Below, piece by piece: positions 14,179 to 25,772 of a stretch of DNA of 64,000 bases; the first letter of the stretch is position 1; each line of letters begins with the position of its first letter. Under the pieces are notes generated by a model that was not told the DNA's origin, ran no database searches, and saw only the letters and a program-made list of their open reading frames with translations. Origin of the DNA: Mobula hypostoma (Eukaryota); contig NC_086108.1 in assembly GCF_963921235.1 (NCBI RefSeq), positions 67,086,001 to 67,150,000 on the forward strand, given 5' to 3'. Made by a program: the position numbers and the translations under genes.

Positions 14179-15254
14179 GTAAGTAAAATGCATTTGATTT
14201 AATTAGAACAATAAGCACGTTGGACCTTATGACAAAGCAATGCACATCATGAAAAGGTTGCTCAGAACAGGTGGAGGGAGACCATTTCCAGTAGCTTGGA
14301 ACAAAGGTCAGAGCTATTAGCTGCAGACACAAAACACAGAACAGAAAGAACATTTTATCACAAATGATTGTGAAGCTACTTCCGTAATTTGTAGCTGAGA
14401 AAGAAACTGCACTCACAATAGGTGGACGAAAAAGAACTGGAAATAGAGAAGCAAGTTTCATGGGTGTGGTGCCTTCAGTAATACTGAGTAATCTTCATAT
14501 GACTTCCAATTTCTATCAGGGCCTCAGTCTCAATTTGCTTGGATTTGATTGACACCAATGTGGTCTGCCTGAGCTGTAGGACCTGCTGTTGGTGAGCATT
14601 TTACATCTTTAAATTTGGGGGGGGGGTTCAAATCAGGTTGATGAGCCTGGAATGAAACAAATGACCTTCATCCTTCATTGTAACAGTTGTGTGAATAATA
14701 TAGTCTGCCAATAGCTTAATATAATACTTAAAACTTAGAACTGTTCTTTTTTAAACATCTTGAAATTAAAAGCATGTATTAATATTGTTTAGTATGTAAA
14801 GTCACCTGATATCTACATGTGTAATATAAGGAAGTTAGCTTTACATTTATAAAGAGTGGTGGCTTTTACAATCTGCAAACACCACTAAGTGCATTTGAGC
14901 CAACTAACTATATTTAAAGCATGATCAAATACTTTCAGCAATAGTCGTAACATAACAATGGGAATCTGAGCTCACTTTTCCTCTCCAACAGCCTACCAGT
15001 ATTTGATCTATATTAAATGTTTCCACTAAACCATTGAGCATGATCTTAGATACTGTTTCATTTACTAAATTCCAGTGCTTAAGCCTTCTGCATTTTTTTA
15101 TTCTATCAATCATTCCCCTATCAAAAATAATTGTCTGTTTCAGCTTCATAGAACGTGCTGCTTCAGTAATATTAAGCAATCTTCATGTGACAGCCGATTG
15201 CTATCAATGTTTGCAGCCCCTGTGTTCATCATCAAGCCCTCATCTGTGAGCACC

Positions 15255-16295
15255 TGCATCGGCTTCCACAACACTCAAGAAACTTGACACTGTACAGGAC
15301 ATAGCAGCCCACTTGATAGGCAATCCATCCACAACCAATCATTTACTCTCCCACCAACACACTACAGCAGCCCTTTGCACCATTTACGAGATGCACTGGA
15401 GTAACTCACCAAGGCTCCTAAGGCATCATGTTCCAAACCCACAAACTCTTATCAGCAAAAAGGTTAAGAGTAGCAAAAACACAGGAAGGCCATCTCATTC
15501 TAGTTGCCTCCTAAGCAACACATGATCCTCACATGGAAGTACACTCAGAGGCCATTTTGTTAGGTACCACCTGCACCTAATAAAGTGGCCACTGATTATA
15601 TGTTCATGGTCTTCTGCTGCTGTAGCCCATCCACTTGAAGCTTCAACATGCGATGTTTTCAGCGATGCTCTTCTGCATACCACAGTTGTAACACATGGCT
15701 ACTTGAGTTACTGTCGCCTTCCTGTCGGCTTGAACCTAGTCTGGTCATTCTCCTCTGACCTTTCTCATTAACAAGATGTTTTCACCCATAAAACTGCCAC
15801 CCACTGGACATTTTTTTTTGTTTTTCACACTAATCTCTGTAAACTCTAGAGACTGCTGTGCATCAAAATTTCATTTTCTGAGATACTCAAACCTTCTTGT
15901 CAGGCACCAACAGTCATTCGACTGTCAAAGTCACTTAGATCACATTTTTTCCCAATTCTATTGTTTGGTCTGAACAACAACTGCACCTCTTAACCATGCC
16001 TGCATGCTTTTATGCATTGCGTTGCTGCCACATGATTAATTGATTAGGGATTTGCATTAATGAGCAGATGTGTAGGAGTATTTAATAAAGGGCCATTGAG
16101 TATATATCGTTGTTCCTTTACTGTCGCTGGGTCAAAATCTTGGAACTTCCTCCCTAATAGCACTCTGGGTGCACCCACACTCCAAGAACTGCTGTGGTCA
16201 AGAGGCAGCTCACTACTGTCTTCTCAAGGGCAATTAGGGATGGGACGTTAAACGATGGTTCAGCCTGTGAAACCCACATACCTTGAATGAATAAA
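15255..16295 (+). mobile_element. Old LINE 3' end (CR1/L2-like), interrupted at a TA by a Tc1 derivative
   Basis: Reads aaacttgacactgtacaggac..gcagcccacttgatagg (LDT.QD.AA.LIG), continues after 16103 with tggaacttcctccctaatagcact, and ends tgaatgaataaa. Confidence 0.6.
15542..16102 (-). mobile_element. Non-autonomous Tc1/mariner derivative
   Basis: TA|cactcagaggccattttgttagg ... taataaagggccattgagta|TA termini. The minus strand retains a Tc1 N-terminus (GKKCDLSDFDSRMTVGA). Confidence 0.75.
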
Positions 16296-16534
16296 GATAC
16301 TGGTACAAGAATGATATTGGATGATTGTTTGATGCCGTTCCTAAACAAGAAGCAGCCCATCCCGATACACTTCAGATCATAGTTGGGGACTTCAATCAGG
16401 CTTATTTGAAGAAAACCCTGCCCACTTGCCATCATTATATCACCTGTAGCACCAGAGGTCCCAACACACTGGACACCTGTTATACTAAGATAAGGAATGC
16501 CTACCGTTCCATGTCCAGACCGCATAGTTAGTCA

Positions 16535-16564
16535 TTTCCAGCATCTGCAGAATTCCTCGTGTTT
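16535..16564 (+). mobile_element. Solo 30-bp PLE 3' tail with 13-bp TSD
   Basis: tttccagcatctgcagaattcctcgtgttt is flanked by gcatagttagtca at 16522-16534 and 16565-16577. Confidence 0.9.
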
Positions 16565-16895
16565 GCATAGTTAGTCAGAGGCTTTTTTCCAGGGCTGAAA
16601 TGGCTAACATGAGAGGGCACAGTTTTAAGGTGTTTGGAAGTAGGTACAGAAGAGATGTCAGGGGTAAGTTTTTTTACGTAGAGAGTGGTGAGTGCATGGA
16701 ATGGGCTGCCAGCAGCTGAGGTGGAGGTGGAAACAATAGGGTCTTTTAAGAGACTCTTGATAGGTACATGGAGCTCTGAAAAATAGAGGGCTATGGGTAA
16801 CCCTGGGTAATTTCTAAAGTAAGTAGATATTTGGCACAGCATTGTGGGCTGAAGGGCCTGTAATGTGCTGTAGGTTTTCTATGTTCTATGTTCTA
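16565..16895 (+). mobile_element. CR1 LINE 3' fragment
   Basis: Contains RGHSFKV..FFT.RVVSAWNGLP motifs and a (TTCTATG)n tail. Confidence 0.9.
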
Positions 16896-18689
16896 ACTCG
16901 TGTCTGAGAAGCGGCTTAGATCCACTCCAATTTGCCTATTGGAGCAACATGTCCACAGCAGATGCAATCTTACTGACTCTTCACTCAACACTGCTACACC
17001 TGGACAGCAAAGATGCACACATCAGATTGCTCATTACTGACTGCACTTCAGCATTTAATATGATTATCCCCTCAAAACTAATCAATAAGCTCCAAGACAT
17101 TGCCTTCAATACCTCATTGTACAATTGGATCCTTGATTTCCTCACCTGCAGATTCCAGTCCATTTGGATTGGCAACAACATCTCCTCCATGATCTCCATA
17201 AGAACAGGTACACCCCAAGGCTCCAGTATGCTAGAGTGTACAGCAAGTAGAGTGTTAGCCTCCCACTCTACTTGCTGTACACTCCAGCATACTGGAGGGA
17301 GATGTAAAATCTGGCTGAGTGGGGCCACAACAACAACCTCTTACTCAAAGTCAGCAAAACCACAGAGCTGATTATTGACTTCTGGAGAAGGAAACCAGAG
17401 GTCAAAGAGCCAGTACTCATCGCAGGATTAGAGGTGGAGAGGGTCAACAAATTTATATTCCTCTGTGTCATTATTTTGAAGGACATGTCCTGGGGCCCAG
17501 CCCATAAGTGCAACTATGAGGAAAGCATGGTAGTGTCTCTACTTCCTCAGGAGTTTGCAGAGATTTGGCATGACGTCTAAAACTTTGACAAACTTCTATA
17601 GATAAGTATTTGAGAGTATATTAATTGGCTGCATCACAGCCTGGTTTGGAGACACCAATGCAGTTGAATAGAAAATCCTACAAAAAGTAATGGATACAAC
17701 CCAGTCCATCAAGGGTAAAGCCCTCCCCACCATTGAGCACATCTACATGAAATGCTGTTGCAGGAAAGCAGCATCATTAGGGATCCCCACCACACAGGAC
17801 AAGCTCTCTATTGCTGCTGCCAATAGAAAGAAGGTACAAGAGTCGCAGGTTCAGGAACAGTTACAATCTCTCAACCATCAGGCTCTTGAACCAAAGGGGA
17901 TTAACTTCACTCAGCCTCACTTGCCCCATCAATGAAATGTTCCCACAACCAATGGACTCACTTTCAAGGATTCTTTATCTTATTACTCAATATTTATTGC
18001 TTAGTTAGTTATTATTATTGTTTATTTCTTTTTGTATTTGCACACTTGTTTGTATTTTGCACACTGATTGAAGGCACAAGTTGGTGCGATCTTTCATTGA
18101 TTTTGTTATGGTTATCACTATAGATTTATTAAGTATGCTCTCAAGAAAATTAATCTCAGGGTTGTATATTGTGATAGATTTGTACTTTGATAATACATTT
18201 ACTTTGAACTTGGAACTTTAATTGGCACAACAAAATTATTTACTAACATACTCATTCTCCAATTCTTTTTCCATCTTTTGCTCTGGAAAAAGCGCATTTT
18301 TCTGGAAATACAAGAAAGAAATTTTGTGCATTCCTACATCATACTCCAGTGTGGAATTTGCAGATTAAGAACAGCCAAACAATTATGCTGAACATTTGCA
18401 GGGATCTCAAATCCTGCAGCAAGCCAAATGAGGCCACTATCTAAGAGGTAGTTTACTTGGTGTAGTGATGGTGAATCACAGTGCAATTCAACCTCAGCAG
18501 CAAAGTCTTGGCCATTTCAGTCTGATTTCTGTTTGACAGTCAATTTGCAGAAGTCCCTTTCTTACTTCTATTTAGGCAGTAATATAATGGTGGTTTACCA
18601 GCAAGATCTAGCTTTATATTTCATGTGAGTTTTGATTATTCTTTGCATTAATGGCCTGCTGAGTGTTTCCAAGACTTTCAGCTTTGGAT

Positions 18690-20659
18690 TTGCAATATTT
18701 CTAGGGCTTGGGGCTTCCTTAATAGCTCTCACCTTGTCCTCCACAGGGCAAAGCCCCTCAGCTGTGATCTTGTGTCCCAGGTAAGTCACACTCAATGCCA
18801 GGAACACACATTTTTCGCGTTTCAACCACAGCCCTGCGTCTGAGAGCCTCTTCAGCACCCATTCTAAATTAGCCAGATGCTCCACCTCCAGAGCCCCCGT
18901 GATCAAAATATCATCAAGGTACACTGCTACGTGTGGAATCCCCTGCAGCAAAGTGTCCATTGACCTTTGGAAAATGGCAGGGCTGGACGCCACTCCAAAC
19001 ACCAGGCGATTGTACTTTAATAATCCCTCATGCGTATTAATTGTGACGTACTCCTTTGAATCCTCGTCGAGCAGCAGCCGTTGGTAAGCGTGGCTCATGT
19101 CCAGCTTTGTGAACAGCTTACCCCCTGACAGGGTCACAAACAGGTCATCCACCCGTGGCAATGGGTACTCCTCCAGCTCAGAGATCTGATTCACCGTAAG
19201 ATTATAATCCCCACATATCCTCACCATTTTGTCTGCCTTCAAAACTTGTACAATGGGAGCTGCCTACCTTGAAAACTGGACAGGCTCAATAATGCCCAGC
19301 CTCTGTAAACGTTCCAGCTCCTCCTCGACTTTGCCTTTCATGGCATAGGGCACCGACTTGGGCTTGAGAAAATGTGGTGTGGCCTCAGGGTTGACATGGA
19401 GTTTCACTGTCACGCTCTTCAGTGTTCCTAGCTCGTCCCTGAAAACGTCACTACACCACTGCAGAATGTCCTCCGTCGTGTGTGCAGACTTAATTTCATG
19501 CCAGTTTAGCCGGATTTTGTGAAGCCAATCGCGACCCAAAAGACTGGAACCCCTGCCCTTAGCTACCAACAGACTGGCTTCAGCCTTCTGACCCCCGGCT
19601 GAAATGTCCACATATAACACACCTAAATGAGGTATGGACTGCCCCGTATAGGTCCTGAGTTTGAGCTTTGACGGTCTAATGGGAGGCAGGTTGGACCCTC
19701 AGGTCCTCCTGTAGATCTCCTCACTAATGACCGATGCAGTAGCCCCTGAATCAATCTCAAACTTAATGTCCTTTCCCCTGACAGTAACTGTGGCATAATA
19801 TGGTTCAGGTGGTTCCTCATCTGTTTCCACTCCAAACATGTTGTAGGCACATGCTGCCTCTCCATCTGCTTCTTTTAGATGGTGTGTGGCTGCCTGAGCC
19901 TGTTGAGTTTTCCCCTGGCCAGGCTTAATCTTACCCTTTGAACTTCTGCACTTTTTAGCTAAATATCCCTTTTTACTACAAGCATGGCAGACAGTGTCTT
20001 TGAATTTGCAATCATTTGCATAGTGCGCCCCTCCACACCGGAAACATTCCACCCGCTTTGCCTGTTTATCAGTCTCCCTCCTGACTTGGTGCACTGCCGC
20101 TGACTGCGACCCCCCCCCCCCCCCCATGTCCTTTCTGGATATCCTTAACATTATTAGCAGCCATCTCCATTCCTTGGGCAATCTCTAAGGCTTTCTCGAA
20201 AGTCAGTGGTGGGGTTTCCCCTAACAGGCGGCGTTGTATGCTGCCATTATTAATGCCGCATACCAATCGATCATGGAGCATGTCTTCCAACACCACTCTG
20301 AAATCACAATGCTCTGACAGCTGCCAAAGCTCGGCCACAAAATTAGCCACAGACTGACCTGGCTTCCTGAAACGGCTGTGAAACTTACACCGTTGGACTA
20401 TCACAGAAGGTTTTGGATTGTAGTGGTTCCCCACGAGTTTGACCAGTTCGTCATATGGAATGTCCCCCAGTTTCCGTGGTGCAGTTAAATTCCTTATCAG
20501 CTTGTAAGTCTTTGCCCCACACACACTCAGGAGAATAGAATGCTTCTTAGCCTCCTCAGTAATTCCATTAGCACAGAAGAAGTGTCCCAACCTTTCCTCA
20601 TAATCCGGCCAGTCCTCGGTTGCCTCCACAAAACCAACGATAGTTCCAAATGTAGCCAT
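18690..20659 (-). pseudogene. gag-pol polyprotein pseudogene (frameshift and stops)
   Basis: ORF pieces 20069-20659, 19699-20181, 19264-19620 and 18595-19242 are collinear gag, PR and RT. Confidence 0.9.
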
Positions 20660-20966
20660 CTAAAACGCGAAACTCCCATTCAAAAAAACGTGCCAATACG
20701 TTCACAAAACCAGTCCACCTCATCGCCAAAAATATGTGGTAACTTCTACCTTGAAAAAGGCACACTCGACAACTTCATGCCAAAGAAACAACTTTACTTC
20801 GAACTTCAAAACTATTATGTATATACAGAGGCTTTCACAACCATACGGCATGGTGGGCTCACCATATACAGAGCTCACTGGAAGTATAAGAAAGAACGGA
20901 AGTAAACCCCCCCCCCATTATCCTTATTAGTATTAACTTACTTTTAATAATGCTCACATTACAACA
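18690..20966 (-). mobile_element. Gypsy-type LTR retrotransposon (Mag-like), 5' part: LTR, PBS, gag, protease and RT; 3' part lost
   Basis: LTR 20735-20966 (TGTTGTAA...TTACCACA on minus). PBS-like TGGCGATGAGG at 20718-20728. gag starts at 20659 with knuckles CFRCGGAHYANDC and CHACSKKGYLAKKC. Protease FEIDSGA. RT RICGDY..KLDMSHAY..YLDD. Confidence 0.92.
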
Positions 20967-22224
20967 GGTATCTTCAGGATATCAGAGTCGTAGAGTCACA
21001 GAGCAAAACAATATGGATACAGGCTCTTTGGCCAAATGAGTTCATGCCAACCATGCTGACCACCTGGCTAGTCCCAATTCCCTGCATTCAGTCCATATCC
21101 CTCTAAGCCCTGCCCTTCCATGTACGTATCTAAGAGTTTCATAAAGGAAATTAATGTACCTGACTCAACTGCTTCTTCTGGCAGTTCATTCCATGTACTC
21201 ACCACCCTCTGCGTGAAAATGTTTCACCCAGGTCCCTTTTAAATCTTTGCCCTCTTCCCTAAACTTACGATCCCTACTTTTAGACTCCCTGCCCTGGGGA
21301 AAAGACCGTTACTATCCATCTCATTGATGCCTCTCATAATATTAAACATTTCTATGAGGTTACCCCTCATTCTCCTGTGCTCCAAGCAATAAAGATTCAG
21401 CCTAGCCAACCTCTACATATAACACAGACCCTCTCGTCCTGGCAACATCCTCATAATTTTTACTGCACTCTTTCCAGTTCGACTATGTATTTACAACAGG
21501 GTGAGTAAAACTGTACACAGTGCTCCAAGGACAGCCTCATCAATGACTTAGATAACTGCAACATAATGCCCCAATTTCTATACTCATTGCCCTGACTGAT
21601 GAAGGCCAATGTGCTAAGTACGTTTTCCATCACCCTATCTACCTATGAAGCTGCTTTCAATGAACTATGCACGTAGATCCTTCTGTTCCATTACACTCCC
21701 TAGTGCACTACCATTCGTAATTTAAGTCCTGTGCCGGTTTGACTTAATAAAGTTCTTCACCTGACATTTATCTACTTAGCCAATTACCTGACCACAAGAT
21801 AATTCAGAAATTAATCTATTTGTGACTGCTTGGCCCACTTCCCTTACTGATCAATATCCTTTCTTCACTAGCTATAATACATCCTAATTTTGTGTCATCC
21901 ACAGACTTGCTGAACAAACCCCATGCTTTTGCATGCAAATCATTTATGTAAGTTACAAATCACAAGGGTTCCAACACAGACCCATCTGGCACACTACTAG
22001 TCTGTGGTCTCCATGCCCAGAAACAAATCTGCTTCCTACTTCCAGGCCGATTTAGAATCCACCTAACTTGCTTTACCTGGATTCCATGGGATCAGCCAAA
22101 TATGCTGGACCTTGACGAAGACCTTGCTGAAGCTCAGACAACAGCCACTGCCCTACCTTCAAGCAACACACATCAAAGTTGCTGGTGAACGCAGCAGGCC
22201 AAGCAGCATCTATAGGAAGAGGCG

Positions 22225-22262
22225 CAGTCGACGTTTCAGGCCGAGACCCTTCGTCAGGACTA
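22225..22262 (-). ncRNA. Minimal type I hammerhead ribozyme (inverted pLTR arm)
   Basis: Exact reverse complement of 24796-24833. Confidence 0.88.
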
Positions 22263-22556
22263 ACTGAAGGAAGAGTGAGTAAGGGATTTGAAAGCTGGAG
22301 GGGGAGGGGGAGATGCAAAATGATAGGAGAAGACAGGAGGGGGAGGGATAGAGCCGAGAGCTGGACAGGTGATAGGCAAAAGGGATACGAGAGGATCATG
22401 GGACAGGAGGTCCGGGAAGAAAGACGGGGGGGGGTGACCCAGAGGATGGGCAAGAGGTATATTCAGAGGGACAGAGGGAGAAAAAGGAGAGTGAGAGAAA
22501 GAATGTGTGTATAAAAATGAGTAACAGATGGGGTACGAGGGGGAGGTGGGGCCTAT

Positions 22557-24502
22557 CTTCTGCCTGCTCTGGATCTCTTTATCGCTAACTGCCGACGGGA
22601 CATCAACCGTCTCGACTTCACCGCACCTTGTACCCATTCCAACCTCACTCCTTCGGAACGCTCTGCTCTCCACTCCCTCCGCACTAATCCTAACATTATT
22701 ATTAAACCCGCTGATAAAGGGGGTGCTGTTGTAGTCTGGCGTACTGACCTCTACCTTGCCGAGGCACAGCGACAACTCGCGGATACCTCCTCTTATTTAC
22801 CCCTTGATCGTGACCCCACTAAGGAGCACCAGGCCATTGTCTCCCACACTATCAACGACTTTATCCGCTCAGGGGATCTCCCATCCACTGCTACCAACCT
22901 TATAGTTCCCACACCCCGCACTTCCCGTTTCTACCTCCCACCCAACATCCACAAACCTGCCTGTCCTGGCCGACCTATTGTCTCAGCTTGCTCCTGTCCC
23001 ACCGAACTCGTTTCTGCATACCTCGACACTGTTTTATCACCCCTTGTTCAATCCCTTCCGACCTATGTTCGTGACACTTCTCACGCTCTTAAACTTTTCG
23101 ATGATTTTAAGTTCCCTGGCCCCCACCGCTTTATTTTCACCATGGATGTCCAGTCCTTATATACTTCCATCCCCCATCAGGAAGGTCTCAAAGCTCTACG
23201 CTTCTTTTTGGATTCCAGACCTAATCAGTTCCCCTCTACCACCACTCTGCTCCGTCTAGCGGAATTAGTCCTTACTCTTAATAATTTCTCCTTTTGCTCC
23301 TCCCATTTCCTCCAAACTAAAGGTGTAGCTATGGGCACCCGTATGGGTCCTAGCTATGCCTGCCTTTTTGTTGGGTTTGTGGAACAATCTATGTTCCGTG
23401 CCTATTCTGGTATCTGTCCCCCACTTTTCCTTCGCTACATCGACGACTGCATTGGCGCTGCTTCCTGCACGCATGCAGAACTCGTTGACTTTATTAACTT
23501 TGCCTCCAACTTTCACCCTGCCCTCAAGTTTACCTGGTCCATTTCCGACACCTCCCTCCCCTTTCTAGATCTTTCTGTCTCTGTCTCTGGAGACAGCTTA
23601 TCCACTGATGTCTACTATAAGCCTACTGACTCTCACAGCTATCTGGACCATTCCTCTTCTCACCCTGTCTCTTGCAAAAACGCCATCCCCTTCTCGCAAT
23701 TCCTCCGTCTCCGCCGCATCTGCTCTCAGGATGAGGCTTTTCATTCTAGGACGAGGGAGATGTCTTCATTTTTTAAAGAAAGGGGCTTCCCTTCCTCCAC
23801 TATCAACTCTGCTCTTAAACGCATCTCCCCCATTTCACGTACATCTGCTCTCACTCCATCCTCCCACCACCCCACTAGGAATAGGGTTCCCCCGGTCCTC
23901 ACCTACCACCCCACCAGCCTCCGGGTCCAACATATTATTCTCCGTAACTTCCGCCACCTCCAACGGGATCCCGCCACTAAGCACATCTTTCCCTCCCCCC
24001 CCTCTCTGCATTCGGCAGGGATCACTCCCTACACAACTCCCTTGTCCATTCGTCCCCCCCATCCCTCCCCACTGATCTCCCTCCTGGCACTTATCCGTGT
24101 AAGCGGAACAAGTGCTACACATGCCCTTACACTTCCTCCCTTACCACCATTCAGGGCCCCAAACAGTCCTTCCAGGTGAGGCATCACTTCACCTGTGAGT
24201 CGACTGGGGTGATATACTGCATCCGGTGCTCCCGATGTGGCCTTTTATATATTGGTGAGACCCGACGCAGACTGGGAGACCGCTTTGCTGAACATCTACG
24301 CTCTGTCCGCCAGAGAAAGCAGGATCTCCCAGTGGCCACACATTTTAATTCCACATCCCATTCCCATTCTGACATGTCTATCTACGGCCTCCTCTACTGT
24401 AAAGATGAAGCCACACTCAGGTTGGAGGAACAACACCTTATATTCCGTCTGGGTAGCCTCCAACCTGATGGCATGAACATTGACTTCTCTAACTTCCGCT
24501 AG
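22557..24502 (+). pseudogene. PLE reverse transcriptase / GIY-YIG endonuclease, N-terminally truncated, one frameshift at about 24000
   Basis: The frame from 22557 (IKPADKGGAVVV) is in phase with 23142 (MDVQSLYTSIP, QTKGVAMGTRMGPSYA, RYIDD). After a 1-nt shift in the C-run come the linker CKRNKCYTC, VIYCIRCSRCGLLYIGET, RFAEH, HFNSTSH and stop TAG at 24500-24502. Confidence 0.93.
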
Positions 24503-24795
24503 GCCCCACCTCCCCCTCGTACCCCATCTGTTACTCATTTTTATACACACATTCTTTCTCTCACTCTCCTTTTTCTCCCTCTGTCCCTCTGAATATACCT
24601 CTTGCCCATCCTCTGGGTCACCCCCCCCCCCCGTCTTTCTTCCCGGACCTCCTGTCCCATGATCCTCTCGTATCCCTTTTGCCTATCACCTGTCCAGCTC
24701 TCGGCTCTATCCCTCCCCCTCCTGTCTTCTCCTATCATTTTGCATCTCCCCCTCCCCCTCCAGCTTTCAAATCCCTTACTCACTCTTCCTTCAGT

Positions 24796-24833
24796 TAGTC
24801 CTGACGAAGGGTCTCGGCCTGAAACGTCGACTG
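24796..24833 (+). ncRNA. Minimal type I hammerhead ribozyme (3' pLTR)
   Basis: Stem I tagtc/gactg; core CTGACGA at 24801-24807; stem II agg/cct; GAAA at 24821-24824; palindromic ACGT stem III; predicted cleavage after GTC at 24828. Confidence 0.88.
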
Positions 24834-25772
24834 CGCCTCTTCCTATAGATGCTGCTTGGCCTGCTGCGTTCACCAGCAACTTTGATGTGTGTTGCTTGAA
24901 TTTCCAGCATCTGCAGAATTCCTGTTGTCTGCCCTACCTTCATCTATCTTTTGGCTACTTCTTCTAAAATCTATAACAGGTTCATCAAGGACAACTTCCC
25001 ATGCACAAACCCATGTTGACTGCACCTAATCAGACTCTGTCTATTCAAGTGCTGGTAGATCTAGCCCCTCAAAATTTACTCCTGTAATTTCCCTGCTGCT
25101 GCTACATCTCACTAATCAAACAGGTTACACTCCCTCTTCATTAACCTGTCGCTCTGTCACACATCTGCAGTCTATCCTGAAATTTCAGCTGCCTGTCTTG
25201 TTCTGATAGGCCTATAACATCCCATACCTGAGAGCCAATCCAGGTTCTGTGTTCATCTGTTTTACCTGTTAAACCTTAAGCACCAAAATAAATGCATTTT
25301 AACCGACTATTCCTTTCTCTGCCTTTACTAAGTTCTTGGTTATCCTGATTACAAGAGTTGCTTTCACCAGCCACTGTTTTATCCCATCACTTGCTCTTGT
25401 TTAGGATCCCACCTCCCCCACCCCCCACCCAACAATCTAGTTTAAAACTTCTCTCATGGCAAAAGCAAAATTTCCTAGAAGGATATAGAGCTCTCTGTAG
25501 TTCAAGTGCAACCCATCCTTCTTGTACAGGTCCCAATGGTCAAATAACCTGAATTCCTGCCCTCTGTGCCAGCTCCTCAGCTATAAGTTCATCTGGGCTA
25601 TCGTCCTATTTCTGAATTCACTAGCATGTGACACCTGGAGTGATCCTGAGATCTGTTTGCTTGACAACCTGCTTCTTAACTTATTACAGTACTAAATTCC
25701 AGTGCTCATTCTCCAGGACATAAAACCTTTTTCTACCTCTGTACCAACATGTGCAACAACTTTTGGGTGTTT

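Larger units (their letters stand above)
16325..18219 (+). mobile_element. Rex1/Babar-type LINE, decayed and internally deleted, with a CR1 fragment inside
   Basis: APE motifs IIVGDFN and TRGPNTLD. RT motifs DPLQFAY, SAFNMIIP and TGTPQG. Ends in a (ACTTTGA)-like tail. Confidence 0.85.
22158..24928 (+). mobile_element. Young Neptune-type Penelope-like element, 5'-truncated, with inverted pLTR and 14-bp TSD
   Basis: Inverted arms 22158-22555 and 24500-24900; 28-bp tail 24901-24928; TSD ctgccctaccttca at 22148-22161 and 24929-24942; RT plus GIY-YIG ORF. Confidence 0.95.

Noticed and set aside
20110..20125. Frame change in Gypsy gag at a 16-nt C/G run, considered as a programmed frameshift
   Set aside because: It lies inside gag before the zinc knuckles, in a copy with other lesions. 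Homopolymer slippage or sequencing error is simpler.
22073..22514. ORFs duplicated on opposite strands (also 24541-24967)
   Set aside because: They are by-products of the inverted pLTR arms and have low-complexity, non-protein-like content.
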